A stretch of 64,000 nt of DNA. Origin: the human T2T-CHM13v2.0 reference genome, Homo sapiens. Numbering within the stretch: the first letter of the stretch is position 1; every line of letters begins with the position of its first letter. The stretch lies in assembly GCF_009914755.1 (NCBI RefSeq), contig NC_060925.1; one strand, 5' to 3'. Under the pieces are notes generated by a model. It had not been told where the DNA came from and made no database searches. It saw only the letters and a program-made list of their open reading frames with translations. The position numbers and the translations under genes are program-made. Positions 29,205 through 47,166 of the stretch are shown piece by piece.

Positions 29205-32200
29205 AGGTCAGAGAGATAAGCTTCAAAGATCTTGGACCAATCTCAGTTTGGTAGCAGAATGAAATAATATTTTATGCTGAGGTTAAGTCTTAAAGACAGA
29301 TTATAAGGCAAATGTTACATAAAGCAAAATTACCTTTGGAAATACATTAAAAAGATGTCATTTTGGAGGCTGACATACAGTTTCTCAATAGATCCAACTT
29401 CCAGGTTTATTTTCAGCCCGGGAATAGAGCACTGTTTCTGCAGTTGGGCATCAGATGAAGTAGGCTTGCATATGGGGGCAATGTTGTACGAAAAAAATGC
29501 TATCTTTAAACATTGGAATCGCACTCATTTTTTTGAGAGACACATGAGACCTGAGACTGAGGCAACACCATAACTCTTGTTTTCACACTCAGAGTAGGGC
29601 TTGTGCTCCATGAGTGGAATGACGAGTGGAATTTTCTGTACTGTTTAACTCTTTCTCTTTCTCCATGGGACTGAAGTTAATTATGTGCAACTTAAATATG
29701 CATATGATGTGACCCCATTTATATATAATGACTAAACTTAATAGAATCATCAGTGAGTCCACTCTTTGTGTGTAACTGGGGTGGGTGATATGCTTGGGAA
29801 ATAAAATGGATTCCAACCACTTTTTATAGCAATAAGTTAAAGCTCTTTTAATGATTGACACAGGTTCCGGGGCTAAACAGATGCCTAGAATTAGCCACCA
29901 AAAGGTAAATTGTAGACTCCACTCTTCAAGAAGCAGCAGAAGGATTAGGAATTCAAACAGTGCTATTTTACGGTAAGATGTGGAAATCATCACAGATCTT
30001 AATCCAAATCTTATTTTCATGAATGGGAATTAGGTAAAAACAAACAAGTTGAAAGGAAGGAATAGAGAAAAGAAGGAGAGAAGAACAATTTTTAATACAC
30101 GAATCCACATGCTCGTATCTCATTGGCAATGTTATTTAGACATTTGTCCTAAATGGTGGCTCTCCAGTAAGTAGATCTTTCTTTCAAAACCTTCTAATAA
30201 CTCCCACAGCTCTTAACATTGTATTTCTATTATACCATTTAAAAAATATGATTTCCAACTGGATCATAGGACTGGAGCTGAGGTGCTGAGACATTGGCCT
30301 GTATGCACCATAAAAAATGGAGATATTTGTTATGCTCATTGTATCCCTGGTGCCTACAGCAATGTCTACCATGCAGTGTGTGACTAATAAATCACTCTTG
30401 ATAAAAATAAATGGTGATCAGTGTATTAAGGTGATTTTCTTCCTGTTATCTAGCTGAATTTCCTAATTTCCAAGTTTTAGGAACTCCACAGGAAAGACCT
30501 TGAAACCCGTCCTTAGGAAATGGGCTTTGGAGATATTTAACAGGGTGAAATAACAGGGTGACGGAAAGCCCAATGGAAGCTAGATGGAGGGCCATGGAGA
30601 GAAAAGTTTCCATGAGTGAAGAGGAATGTGATTTATTGGGCCAAATTTAACAATAATACTGAGTAAGAAAAGGAACACTGGTTCTGCAAGAGTGTGAAAT
30701 AATACCTGAAGGCATCCCTGGTTCCCCAGGCATCCCTAAAGACCTCTTTTCTCTATGCCACCAGTTTTCGCATATATTTCCATTTTAACATGTATCACAT
30801 TGTATGTCATTATTTTTTGTAGGCCTGGCTTTGTATGTTCAGACTCTAAGATAACTCCTCCAGATCCTAGGCTCAAGGGAGAGAGGTAACAGGGCCCTTC
30901 AGTTGCTTTCTAAATTGCACATAAATACTGCTCATGAATAGGCTATGGTAATACTTTTCCAAATAGATTCGGTTTTCTCATGTGCTATGCCTTTGCACCT
31001 GTTGCCTTTGCTTGAAATGCCTTAGATCTGCTTGGCCAAACTCCTACTCATCTTTAAATCTCAGCAGATATTCTGTGTCCTCCATGAAGCCTCCCACTTG
31101 AGGACTCTCTTCTTATGTTCCCATGGCATAGCACTTACTGTATTGTATTCTGACACCATGCTTGGTGCTTGTTTGCCCTCAAGGCTATTGATGCGAGCCC
31201 TTTCAGCCCTGCCTCAGTAGTCTCCACCATCCCTGAAGATTCTGCCCTGACTCTAATGATCATCTAAAATGAATTTCCTAGAAAGTTCGTGAGCAGTCAG
31301 TTATCTGTGTCTTACAACAGTATACAGGAAAAAGAGAGAGCTTGCAGAACTTTGGAGCCTCAGCCCTGGGTTTAGAGAATTGAAAGTATATGCTGTCTTT
31401 TTTTTCCTGCTCAGAATCCTGCTCCTGCCTACCCACCCCATTCTCTCTGGGTGTGGTTTTTTTGATAATTATATTTTTCCTCTTCTTTTGTCTCATCAAT
31501 GGGGATGGAGAATAAATAGGATATTGCACATTAGCATCTGGAAACCCATGAAACTGAGATAATTAATTTCATGACTTGTGGTATTTAGGCTTGTTCTCAG
31601 AGATGTATGGTAGCCCTCACAGTCTTTAACCCCACAGCTGAAAGTCCCTGAAAACTGGCACTTAGCAGATTTGTTAGCTGAATGAGTGTTTGAGATTACG
31701 TACTTGCCTGGAGATTTCCTTACTACCCTGAACCCCTAGAATCAGAATGTGAACCACCTCATGCTGAAGGATAATAAACCTTAACAGTTAGCATCAGTGT
31801 TCGGTTTCTGACCCAGTTAACACCTAGAAGACAGGAAACATTAATTCTATTTCTTCTAAGCCAATATTTGGATTTATGGCCAGAAAAGGAGTACTTTAGT
31901 TCCTTGAAGCATTTACCTCATCTATAAAATAAGAACTATGGCTTCCTATCACTTAAAATTGGAGCAATTTACTGACCTTAACCAAATGGTTATTTAGAAT
32001 TAGCCATGTATATTACAATTTGCATTCTGAGGATGTTTTATTCTTTTTGAAACATGATCACTTATTATATGTTATTGGATCCTTTGAGTAATACAATGAA
32101 GAAAGGAATCAAGCTATTACAAACTTGACTGGTAGGTAAAAACAAAAGGACACAAGGTGATCCTATGACTTATCACAATCTTACAGATAATTAGTGACAG

Positions 32201-32343
32201 AGCCAGGGACATCCCATAAGGCAATTTTTTAATATACAGGTAGAATATCCAGAACATTTTTCACCTCTCAATAGTGCTAGTCTCTGTTTTGTGTGATACA
32301 TGTATTAACTTATTACATTCCCACAACAACTCTCAGAGACAGG

Positions 32344-33064
<721 letters not shown>

Positions 33065-33646
33065 ATAGGTAATACTTGTGGATAAGGGAACACATTGAAA
33101 CATTGGGAAGAGAGGTAATTAGTTTAGAGTTGTTCTATAAGCAGAGGATCTAGGATTTGAACCCAAGCAATCTGCCTCTAGAGCCAAATTTTTTAAATCC
33201 CATTCACTGCCTTTCTCATATTCTAGTGGAATTAATTCTAGAACTAAACTGGATTACTCAGAAATTTTGTTTGAAAGGGGAAGCAGAAGGGAAGTGATAT
33301 AAAAAAAATCTGTGGGAATTTCGGAGTCAGCCACTCCCAATTACAAAACTCAACTCTACCACTTACTATGTGGCTTTGTATCAAATATTTGATGACCCTG
33401 AACTTTAGATTCCTCACAAAAATGGTAATGATGTTGACTATATTATGGGCATTAAATATCTAATTAATCCCATTCATTTAGCACCCTTATGTGCTAGATA
33501 CTGTTCTAGGCACTAACAATACTAAAATAAGTAAGACTCACTCAAATAGCTTACAGTCGAGGAGAAAAAATAGTACACAGCAAGATAAAGGAGATGGTAA
33601 TTATGTGGCACGCAGCAGAGAAAGACAACAGATAAGCACTAAACTA

Positions 33647-34085
33647 CGTATTAGTCGGGGTAAAATAAGGAATTGGCTCATGAGATTATGGAGGCTGAGA
33701 AGTCCCAAGATTTGCAGTTGGGAAACTGGAGACCCAGGAGAGCCCATGGTATAGTTCCAATTCAAATCCAAAGGCCTAAGGACCAGGAGAGCTGATGAGT
33801 TCCAGGCTGAGTCCAAGTCCAGCGTGCCAGCATTGAACATTCCTACTTCAAGACTGGCAGAGAAAGAAAAATGCTTTCTTGCTCAGCCATTTTGTTCTAT
33901 TTAGTCCTTCAATAGATTGGATGAGGCCCGTCCACATTGGAGAGGACAATCTACATTATTTAGTCTACAATTCAAATGTTAATCTGATTTAGAAATACCC
34001 TCATTGACACATCCAGAATGTTGTCTAACCAAACAACTGAGCACCTCATAGCCCAGTTAACTTAGCACAGAAAATTATCCATCAC
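33647..34085 (-). mobile_element. MLT2 (ERVL) LTR within an L2
   Basis: TAAGGAATTGGCTCATGAGATTATGGAGGCTGAGAAGTCCCAAGA...GATTGGATGAGGCCC...AAAATTATCCATCAC. Confidence 0.8.
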
Positions 34086-35029
34086 CCTTTGATTTGGGAG
34101 GTGGCCCGGGAAGGCTTCCCAGAGAAGGCAGTACTTATTCCGGTCTTATAAAAAAATGTGTGAAGCATTAGCATAACATATATGAGGTGCTCTTTACATG
34201 TTAGTTTTTTTTTTGTATCTATCTCTTCAAAGGTCATAAGAACAGACAGTATTTTTTTGGCGCAGCAAGAACTTCTTAGGCCATAAAGCATGACAGACCT
34301 CTTTTCCTTATGCGCTGAATTGAAGAAGTGCTGACTCTTTTGCTGATGGTAAGGGTCACTGGCATGGTTCATTTGCAATTGCAGAACGTAATTCCACCTC
34401 CAGATTGAATGTTTTTGGATAGTGTTTTAAAATCTCCAATTGGTTTTTACTTATGAGGTGAATTTACAGTGAGTTATGTTACAAGGTAATTTAACCTGAC
34501 AAGACAGACCATACTACACATTCACAGACAAAGTTTTGTTTCTCCCTGGAGAAGAAGCTGTTAGAATAGAGTGGTAATCGCTGTAACATGATCAGCATGG
34601 GGGAGATTGATCACACCTAGGAAAGTGACCTCTTGGAGGGTCTTTGCAAAATGCACACCTTTCCTGTTGATTGACTACACATCAGGGTGACCATCCCTGG
34701 ATGAGAAAACCCAGTGTGGTCCTCACCTTCTGCCAGCACATGCACTTTTTTGGTTAGTGCTCATGCAAGATTGATGTGCAGCAGCTGGAGTGTAGGGTCC
34801 CAAATATTCATGCCGTAAAAACCCAGCTAGTTTTGAAAAGAGAGAGAAAAGGATTTATTGTCTACAAACATAATTACAATAAGCCCAGTTCAAAATGGTG
34901 ATTAAATTTTAATAAAGCCCATGGAGGGTGGTCTTCTTGCTGAGAAGGGGAGTGAGATGTATTTATAGAAGAAAGGGCTATTTCCCTCTACATCCTGACC
35001 CTGACATGTCACAGGATTAGTGTTGCACA

Positions 35030-35680
35030 CGTAGTTTTCATGCCTCAATTTTTATTCCAGACAATTCTTCTTTCACTTTCATACCAAATCTCCATTTCTA
35101 AAGGCTCACTGCATCCTTCCTCCCAAATTGTCAGTATCATCATCTGATGCTGGTGACTTCCCTTCATTCTTTGAATAAAATGTTGGTGGCTTAATGGTCT
35201 TTTTCTTCACCTCAGTTTTCTCCCCTTCCTGAATCATTTCAATGTACACAAGGACAGTATGTCTATTGCAGTCTGTCTGTGCCTGCACTCCCTCACCTTC
35301 AGGGATCTTTACCTTTATTAACATACTCCTTAGAGCATGTCATCACCTGCTTATCATCATCTTGAACTTCCAACTGTTTCTGAGGCATTAATTTAAAACA
35401 TTCTAGTCTCTGACTGCATTTTTCCTCTTTTCTTTTCCTATCTTTGCATCTCCCTCTATGATTGTCGCTAGATTCGTCCCTCATGTTCTTGGTATCTCTA
35501 ATCCTTTGATCCTTTTATTTTCCCGTCAGCCTCCTCTGGTTGTCATTTCCTGCTTTACTCAGCCAAAACCCCACTGTCTTCAAACATTTTTGGTGTTGTC
35601 CTTGTCATCCTCAAATCCCTTGTCCTGTTTTCTTATGTCTTGGCTACCTGGAAAACCTTCAACTTTAGATCAATTTGGTT

Positions 35681-35711
<31 letters not shown>

Positions 35712-36990
35712 TTGCCTCCTTCCTACCTAGGAAACTGAGCATTACTTTAAAAAAATCACACAACTCTGACAATTAATGTCATTTAATTGCCATTAATGCT
35801 AATTAATTTTATGAACTCATGTTTTAAAAGGATCAGTACTGCCTAACATCTCTTCTGTAAGTTTCTCATCACTTTTTATTCCATTCTGAAAATCAGCTTT
35901 TTCAAAATTTATCTATTCTCTTTAAACCTCCATACTTCCTGTCTCTGCTTCTCAGCAGACAACTTTGGCTCTGACATTCTAAAGGAGAGAGAAATCATTA
36001 GACTGAAATTAACTCAACCTACAAGCTTGTTGCCACTATACCTACAAACTTCTTGCATTTAATCAGTTCTTCCTTGTTCTCTTATCTCTCGGTTCAAGTG
36101 GAACTGCAAATCTCATTTTCAAGCTATTTATCCATAATTCATACCCTTTCCCTCCCATCATTGTTTACTTATCTGATATATTCAACTTTTTATGTCAGAA
36201 ACTTGATTCTCATCTTTGACTCTTCAGTCTTTCTCATTTCCTACCTAAAACAATCATCACTAAGTCCTGTCAAAAGTACTTCCTAAGTATTTTTCAAATT
36301 CATCTCCTTTTCTTCATTCTACTGCCCCTGGGTTGCTGCAATAGGCTTTTCATTACCCATAATTTGGCCTTACCTTGATTCAGGCTTATCTCAATTCAAC
36401 CCATTCTTCATATCTTTAGCTTAGCCAGAGTGATTTTTCCAAAATGCTAATATGATCCTGTGACTTCCCTACTTAAATCCTTCCATGTTGACTTTGAAAT
36501 AAAATTTGAAGTCTGTAAGGCAGTTTGCAAGTCTTTCACTTCCTTGTAAACTTAGCTTTCCTGCTTTATTTTCCACAATGCCTCTCACTTTACCTTGAAA
36601 ACCAAGCTGTAAGTTAATCAAATTACCTGAATTTCCACCAATTTGACATACCTGGTCTTACTTCCCAATCATTGCACTTCCTGTTGCCATTTTCTTTCTT
36701 TGATCCTGTTCTCTACTTTAGGTTTCAACTTAAACATTACTTCCTTTGTGAACTTTTAACTTGTCTCTCCCTTTAAGACTAAGTTAGATATCCCTCTGGT
36801 GTGTTTCTGTTGCACCTCATATTGTCACTATCGTAGCTCTTATTGCACTGGATTGCAAGTATTTGCTTCCTTGGGCTCTCCTCCACTAGATTGTGAGTTC
36901 CTGAAGGGCTGAAGTTTTATTTTCACTGGGCCATCCTTAGTGAATTTGTCACAAAGAAGAGGCTCAATAAATATTTGTTGACAGAAGGAA
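35030..36990 (+). mobile_element. Long decayed L2
   Basis: Pyrimidine-rich L2 body; GCCAGAGTGATTTTT..AAAATG; 3' end GGCTCAATAAATATTTGTTGA. Confidence 0.6.
35679..35712. repeat. (TTTA)n microsatellite
   Basis: Read directly from the sequence. Confidence 0.9.
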
Positions 36991-37879
36991 TTCCAGAAGC
37001 ACAGTGACACATGTTGTGGTATTTCTTTTTGCTGGTTATTTGGAGAGATAATGGTTGGAACAGCCGGTAGCTAGGCAGTCAGCATGCACAAATACAGAAA
37101 AAAATGTGGAAAATCTATTCCTTATAGCATAGAAGATGATTTAAAAAAATGTAATCATGACAAATTTTGAGCTCATCTTTATTTTTTTGGAATTTCAAAG
37201 GCTTCTGATATTCCATTATGTTCATCTTCACACATCTATCTTTGTTCTGAATGAGGTTATCTTTAATAGATTTTGTTCGGGGGGCTGGGGAGTAGCAAAG
37301 ACAGTCTGTTGTTTTCTGAACCACTTTATGCCAGAAAAATCTGCAAATATCATGCTAAGATATAATAGTTTGTTTTCTTGCCAGGTGGTTAGGTTTCATT
37401 CAACAGTGGCATTTTATTAGAAATGTACTATCACAGATAATTTCCAGAAGGGCATTTGAAATGGATTATTATATGGAAAGGGAATTTTTAAATACCCAGC
37501 TCTGTACCTAAAACTCCTGGATAAAATAGCAAGAGCGTAGTTGGTCTAATGGGACCACTTAAAATTCTGTGTTGCAAAGTGCTCCTAAAGACAACTTTAA
37601 GTTCTCTCATAATTCTGGGTTGCACCCACTCAGTCTGCTAGTTTTAATCATGTTGCAGGGAGGCTATTTGACAATTGAGTAGTAATGAGGTTTAGTGTAC
37701 ATTTTATTTAACCTTCTACCAGGTAGGCCAATTAAAATGTTACATCTGAAAAAGCACATATTCCAATTTCTGCCTAGGGATATAATACATTAACTTACAT
37801 TTGGACATACTTTTGCTTTATACCCTTCATTAATGACATCTACCAATTTATTCTTTGCGCTGTTTGCTCTCCTCCTCAA

Positions 37880-38095
37880 GGCCCAGTGATAGATAATAAA
37901 CCTCAAACCATAGATTTAATCCCACAAAAGATAGTTGGTATTCACTACACAGAACATTAAAGACATACCTTGCCCGTGCTCATGCTTTGGCTAGCCATTT
38001 TTCAATTATGGCCAAAAAAGAAAAAGTGAGATTGGATGGATTTTTTTCTAAAGCACCCTTTTCTTTCTGAAGAAAAGACATCAAACAGCCTGATC
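37880..38095 (+). mobile_element. Possible MamSINE1-like ancient SINE
   Basis: Decayed tRNA-like head followed by GGCTAGCCAT...TGGATGGAT...GAAAAGACATCAAA, in the order recalled for MamSINE1. Confidence 0.35.
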
Positions 38096-38557
38096 AAGAG
38101 GTAAATATTACGGTTACCAGAACCCTTTCTTAGTAACTATGGTTTTCCTATAATCCCAGAGTAAGGTAAAGAAAAATGAACCAATCTGGATCACAGAATC
38201 TTAGGAAAGTCTAGTGTCTTCATAATGTCACCAGCATTATAAAAACAAACAACAAATTAAGCCCAATTCTAAAGTACCTAATTTTTTTCCATTACATATT
38301 TCTTTTCCATAACATATGACTTTTTTAAACAGAAAAAAATATAGAATTAAACAATTTTAAGTAAAAGTTTAGACAGAACAATCATGTGACTGGTTAGGGA
38401 CACAAAGAAAGGGATGGAGGAAGCTGAATATGATATGACTTCGCTATATCACGCATTGTTACTAGAATTCCACTGTGCCATGTACAAAATCATGTCAGTT
38501 TGAGAACTATCAATCACGTGGTCTATTTGGCAAATTTTGGATCTGCCCTTCAATTTT

Positions 38558-38935
38558 GGGCAGTCAGCTCAGGCTGCCATAATAAAACATCACAGACTTC
38601 GTGGCTTAAATTATAGAAATTTGTTTTCTCCTAGTTCTAAAGCCTGGAAAGTCCATGATCAAGGTTCTGGGCAGGGTTTGAACTCTGGTGAAGGCTTTCT
38701 TTCCAGCTTGCACACAGCCACTTTTGTCCCCATGCGGCCTTTTCTCTGAGTGTGCATCTCTCTCTTCCTCTTTCTATAAAGACATCAGTCCTATTGGATT
38801 AGGGTTCCATCCTATGACCTTCTAATGACACCATCTTCCTAATTACCTTCTAATGACACTATCTCCAAATATAGTTACATTGGTTGTTAGGGCTTCAACA
38901 TATAAATTTTAGGGGGACAGTATTCCATCCATAGC
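38558..38935 (-). mobile_element. MLT1A-like MaLR LTR
   Basis: GCTCAGGCTGCCATAATAAAA...GTGGCTTAAA...ATTGGATTAGGG...GGGCTTCAACATATAAATTTTAGGGGGAC. Confidence 0.8.
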
Positions 38936-39139
38936 TGGCACTAAGAAAGATGAAGAAAGATTAATAGAATTTAAGAACTGATGTACAGCCATGTGTAGCA
39001 GCAGGGCTATGAATGTAGAAGATAGAGCTTATGTAAACCTATTCATTTTCTTACTGAGCAGTTGAAATTAGAATCCCAAATTCAACTAAACATTTTTTAA
39101 AGGAATATGTTACTGCTGAATCAAAAGAAAATAAATTAC

Positions 39140-39530
39140 ATATGAAGATGAAGATGCACCATCCAGACCCTCCTTCAAGAAAGTACTTGTTGCTGAGCTG
39201 CTGGGAATGCCATCTGAAGACAGACTTTGGGGTCAGCTCCTGCAAGAATTGCTTTAGTTGTAGACAGCCCCTCTCCCAAGGCTACATTCTTCTTAGGACA
39301 GCCAGTATCCAAAGACAGATTGAGGCAAGAGTATTACGAGATTGTTATTTCGACACAGTGTGTGACAGCTCTCAGGAGCCATTTTAACTCGAGTTCCTAT
39401 TATGGTTGTCTGGACCCGTCATTGGGCCCACAACCCTACCACTTCACCCTCCATTCTGAGGTTGTTAATCCCATAGCACACTTTAACAAACATCCTGCAC
39501 ACTATACCTCATCTCAACCTGTAATAGCTT
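39140..39530 (+). mobile_element. LTR16-like ERVL LTR
   Basis: GATGCACCATCCAGACCCTCCTTCAAG start and AAACATCCTGCACACTA..CCTCATCTC end. Confidence 0.5.
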
Positions 39531-39804
39531 AGGATCCAGTTTCATATTATTTAAAAACATTACAAAAGATGATCAAAAGCAAAAGAATGATACTGTTTTT
39601 AAGTATATTGACAACTAATCTTGCATCCTGATTCATTTGACCCATCACTGTTTCCAATAATTTCTATTTTCTAAAGTACAAATATGTGTGTGTATAATTT
39701 TTTCAAAAATTGTTTATCTGTTTTTTGACTAAATCATAGTCTTTTTTCCATGTCAGCACATAGTTTTACAGTACATAGACAGTTTCAACCTTCTTTTTGC
39801 CCCA

Positions 39805-41110
39805 TTTTTTTTCACCCTAATTGAGGTAAAATTAGCAAACAAAAATTGTGTATATTCAAGGTGTACAAAATGATGTTTTGCTATGCATATACATTATGTA
39901 ATGATTACCACACAAGCTAATTTACATATCCATCACTTCACATAGTTACCTGTGTGTGTGATCTACTCTCTTAGCACATTTTGAGCATAAAATATATTAC
40001 TATTAACTGTGGTCATCATGCTGTAAATTAGGTATCCAGAACTTATTCATGTTAGAACTGCAAGTTTGTACTTTCACTAAAATCTCCTCTTCCCCTCCTC
40101 ACTCCAGCTACTGCTGGTAACTACTCTTCTACTCTCTGTTTCTATGAGTTCGACTTTTTTAGATTCCATATATAAGCGAGATTATACAGCATTTGTCTTC
40201 CTGTGTCTGGCTCATTTCACCTAGCATAATGTCCTCCAGGTTCATCTACATTGTCACAAATGTTAGAATTTACTTCATATTTAAGGCTGAATACTGTTCT
40301 TGTGTGTGTGTGTGTGTGTGCATATACATATATTTGTATGTACATGCCTACATATATACATACCAAATTTTCCTTATTCATTCATTTACTTATAAATATT
40401 TAGGCTGTCTCCATATCTTGACTATTGGTGAATAATGCAGCAGTGAACATGTGAGTGCAGCTATTTAAAAAAAATTTTTTTATTTCAATAGCTTTTGGGG
40501 AGCCAGTGGTTTTTGGTTACATGGATAAGTTATTTAGTGGTGATTTCTGAAATTTTATTGCACTTATCACCTGAGCAGTGTACACTGTACCCAAAATGTA
40601 GTCTTAATCCTCACCCTCCACTTCCCACTTTTCCCCCTGAGTCCCCAAAGTCCAGTCTATAATTCTCATGCCTTTGCATCCTCGGAGCTTAACTTCCACT
40701 TATAAGTGAGAACATACAATATTTGATTCTCCATTCCTAAGTTACTTCACTTAGAATAATGGTCTCCAATTCCATCCAAGTTGCTGCAAAGGCCATTATT
40801 TAGTTCCATTTTATGGCGAAGTAGTATTCCATGGTGTATATATACCATATTTTCTTTATCCACTCGTTGGTTGATGGGCACTTAGGTTGGTTCCATATTT
40901 TTGCAATTGTGGATTATGCTGCTATAAACATGCATGTGCCTGAGTTTTTTCACATAATGGCTTCTTTTCCTTTGGGTATTTGGGTAGCTATTTTGTTGAG
41001 ATAGTGATTTTATTTCCTTTGGCTATATACCCAGAAGTGAGATTACTGTATCATATGGTATTTCTATTTTTAATTTTTTGGAAGAACCTCTCTACTGAAA
41101 TAATGTACTG
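39805..41110 (-). mobile_element. Old L1MA (MA9/10-like) 3' region hosting a second L1MA
   Basis: TTTTTAGATTCCATATATAAGCGAGAT...TGTCTGGCTCATTTCACCTAGCATAATGTCCTCCAGGTTCATC; resumes at about 40990 with ATTTCCTTTGGCTATATACCCAGAAGTG. Confidence 0.75.
40467..40985 (-). mobile_element. Younger L1MA (MA2-4-like) 3' end nested in L1MA
   Basis: TATTTCAATAGCTTTTGGGG...GGTTACATGGATAAGTT...GTGGTGATTTCTGA; flanking repeat AGCTATTT at 40459-40466 and 40986-40993. Confidence 0.75.
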
Positions 41111-42263
41111 ATTATAGCTGCATGTCTCTTTTAGTCTTTAGTATATTTTAATTCAGTCCTCTGCCCTTTTAGGAGGGTGGAGGGTGCTTTCATGACATTA
41201 TGATTTTTGAAGAGTCAAAACCAGTTTTTCTATAGAATGACCTTCAATTCAGATTTGGTTGATTGTTTCTTCATAATTAGTTAATATTACATCGATGACA
41301 TTACATCCTTCAATGTATATTATATCAAGAGCCATGGATTATGTCAGTTTTCCCCATTGATAATGTTACTGTTCACTAGACATCACCATTTTAAAGGCCC
41401 CTTTCAAGAAGAAAATGTTGATGAAGATTTATATAGGTTAAAACTCCTCCTTTCTCACTGAAACAATTTCTTTGTTTTTACACATCAGCTTATTTCCCAA
41501 AACCATACTAATCCACATCACATGACAAATGATGGGGACAGTATCAAAAGATCTGGGGAAAGTAATTTGAAAACGTGACATACAGTCTCAGCTTGAAAAT
41601 GTTTGTCTTTAAAAAATACCAACCAGTAATCTTATCTTCTTATTGTGGCCTTTTGTCATTTTATGCCATATAGTGTCTACTCAAAAATACTTGGAAAACT
41701 TTGCTCAAGGATCTGAAGTCTCTCCTCACCTCTTGTCTTCTAAGATATTGCTTCTATCTCTGTGTGTCCTCTTTAATATCTAATAAAACTAAAGTGGATC
41801 AGATGATCAACAGCATTACATAAATTCTATATATCAGATGAGGAAAAGTGAAGGTAAACCCAAAAAGCTAAGAAACAATGTAAGGGAGGAGCTAAGATGG
41901 CCGAAAAGGAACAGCTCCGGTCTACAGCTCCCAGCGTGAGCGACGCAGAAGATGGGTGATTTCTGCATTTCCATCTGAGCTTTGAAGAGAGCAGTGGTTC
42001 TCCCAGCACGCAGCTGGAGATCTGAGAATGGGCAGACTGCCTCCTCAAGTGGGTCCCTGACCCCTGACCCCCGAGCAGCCTAACTGGGAGGCACCCCCCA
42101 GCAGGGGCAGACTGACACCTCACATGGCTGGGTACTCCAACACACCTGCAGCTGAGGGTCCTGTCTGTTAGAAGGAAAACTAACTAACAGAAAGGACATC
42201 CACACCAAAAACCCATCTGTACATCACCATCATCAAAGACCAAAAGTAGATAAAACCACAAAG

Positions 42264-43279
42264 ATGGGGAAAAAACAGAGCAGAAAAACTGGAAACTCTA
42301 AAAAGCAGAGCGCCTCTCCTCCTCCAAAGGAACGCAGTTCCTCACCAGCAACGGAACAAAGCTGGACGGAGAATGACTTTGACGAGCTGAGAGAAGAAGG
42401 CTTCAGACGATCAAATTACTCTGAGCTACGGGAGGAAATTCAAACCAAAGGCAAAGAAGTTGAAAACTTTGAAAAAAGTTTAGAAGAATGTATAACTAGA
42501 ATAACCAATACAGAGAAGTGCTTAAAGGAGCTGATGGAGCTGAAAACCAAGGCTCGAGAACTACGTGAAGAATGCAGAAGCCTCAGGAGCCGATGCAATC
42601 AACTGGAAGAAAGGGTATCAGCGATGGAAGATGAAGTGAATGAAATGAAGTGAGAAGGGAAGTTTAGAGAAAAAAGAATAAAAAGAAATGAGCAAAGCCT
42701 TCAAGAAATATGGGACTAGTGAAAAGACCAAATCTACGTCTGATTGGTGTACCTGAAAGTGACGGGGAGAATGGAACCAAGTTGGAAAACACTCTGCAGG
42801 ATATCATCCAGGAGAACTTCCCCAATCTAGCAAGGCAGGCCAACATTCAGATTCAGGAAATACAGAGAACTCCACAAAGATACTCCTCGAGAAGAGCAAC
42901 TCCAAGACACATAATTGTCAGATTCACCAAAGTTGAAATGAAGGAAAAAATGTTAAGGGCAGCCAGAGAGAAAGGTCGGGTTACCCACAAAGGGAAGCCC
43001 ATCAGACTAACAGCGGATCTCTCGGCAGAAACTCTACAAGCCAGAAGAGAGTGGGGGCCAATATTCAACATTCTTACAGAAAAGAATTTTCAACCCAGAA
43101 TTTCATATCCAGCCAAACTAAGCTTCATAAGTGAAGGAGAAATAAAATCCTTTACAGACAAGCAAATGCTGAGAGATTTTGTCACCACCAGGCCTGCCCT
43201 AAAAGAGCTCCTGAAGGAAGCACTAAACATGGAAAGGAAAAACCGGTACCAGCCGCTGCAAAATCATGCCAAAATGTAA
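42264..43279 (+). pseudogene. L1 ORF1p, disrupted
   Basis: MGKKQSRKTGNSK...RPNLRLIGVPE...YQPLQNHAKM; premature TGA at 42651-42653 (CGA>TGA-type change) and a frameshift near 42718. Confidence 0.93.
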
Positions 43280-43342
43280 AGACCATCGAGACTAGGAAGA
43301 AACTGCATGAACTAACGAGCAAAATAACCAGCTAACATCATA

Positions 43343-47166
<3,824 letters not shown>

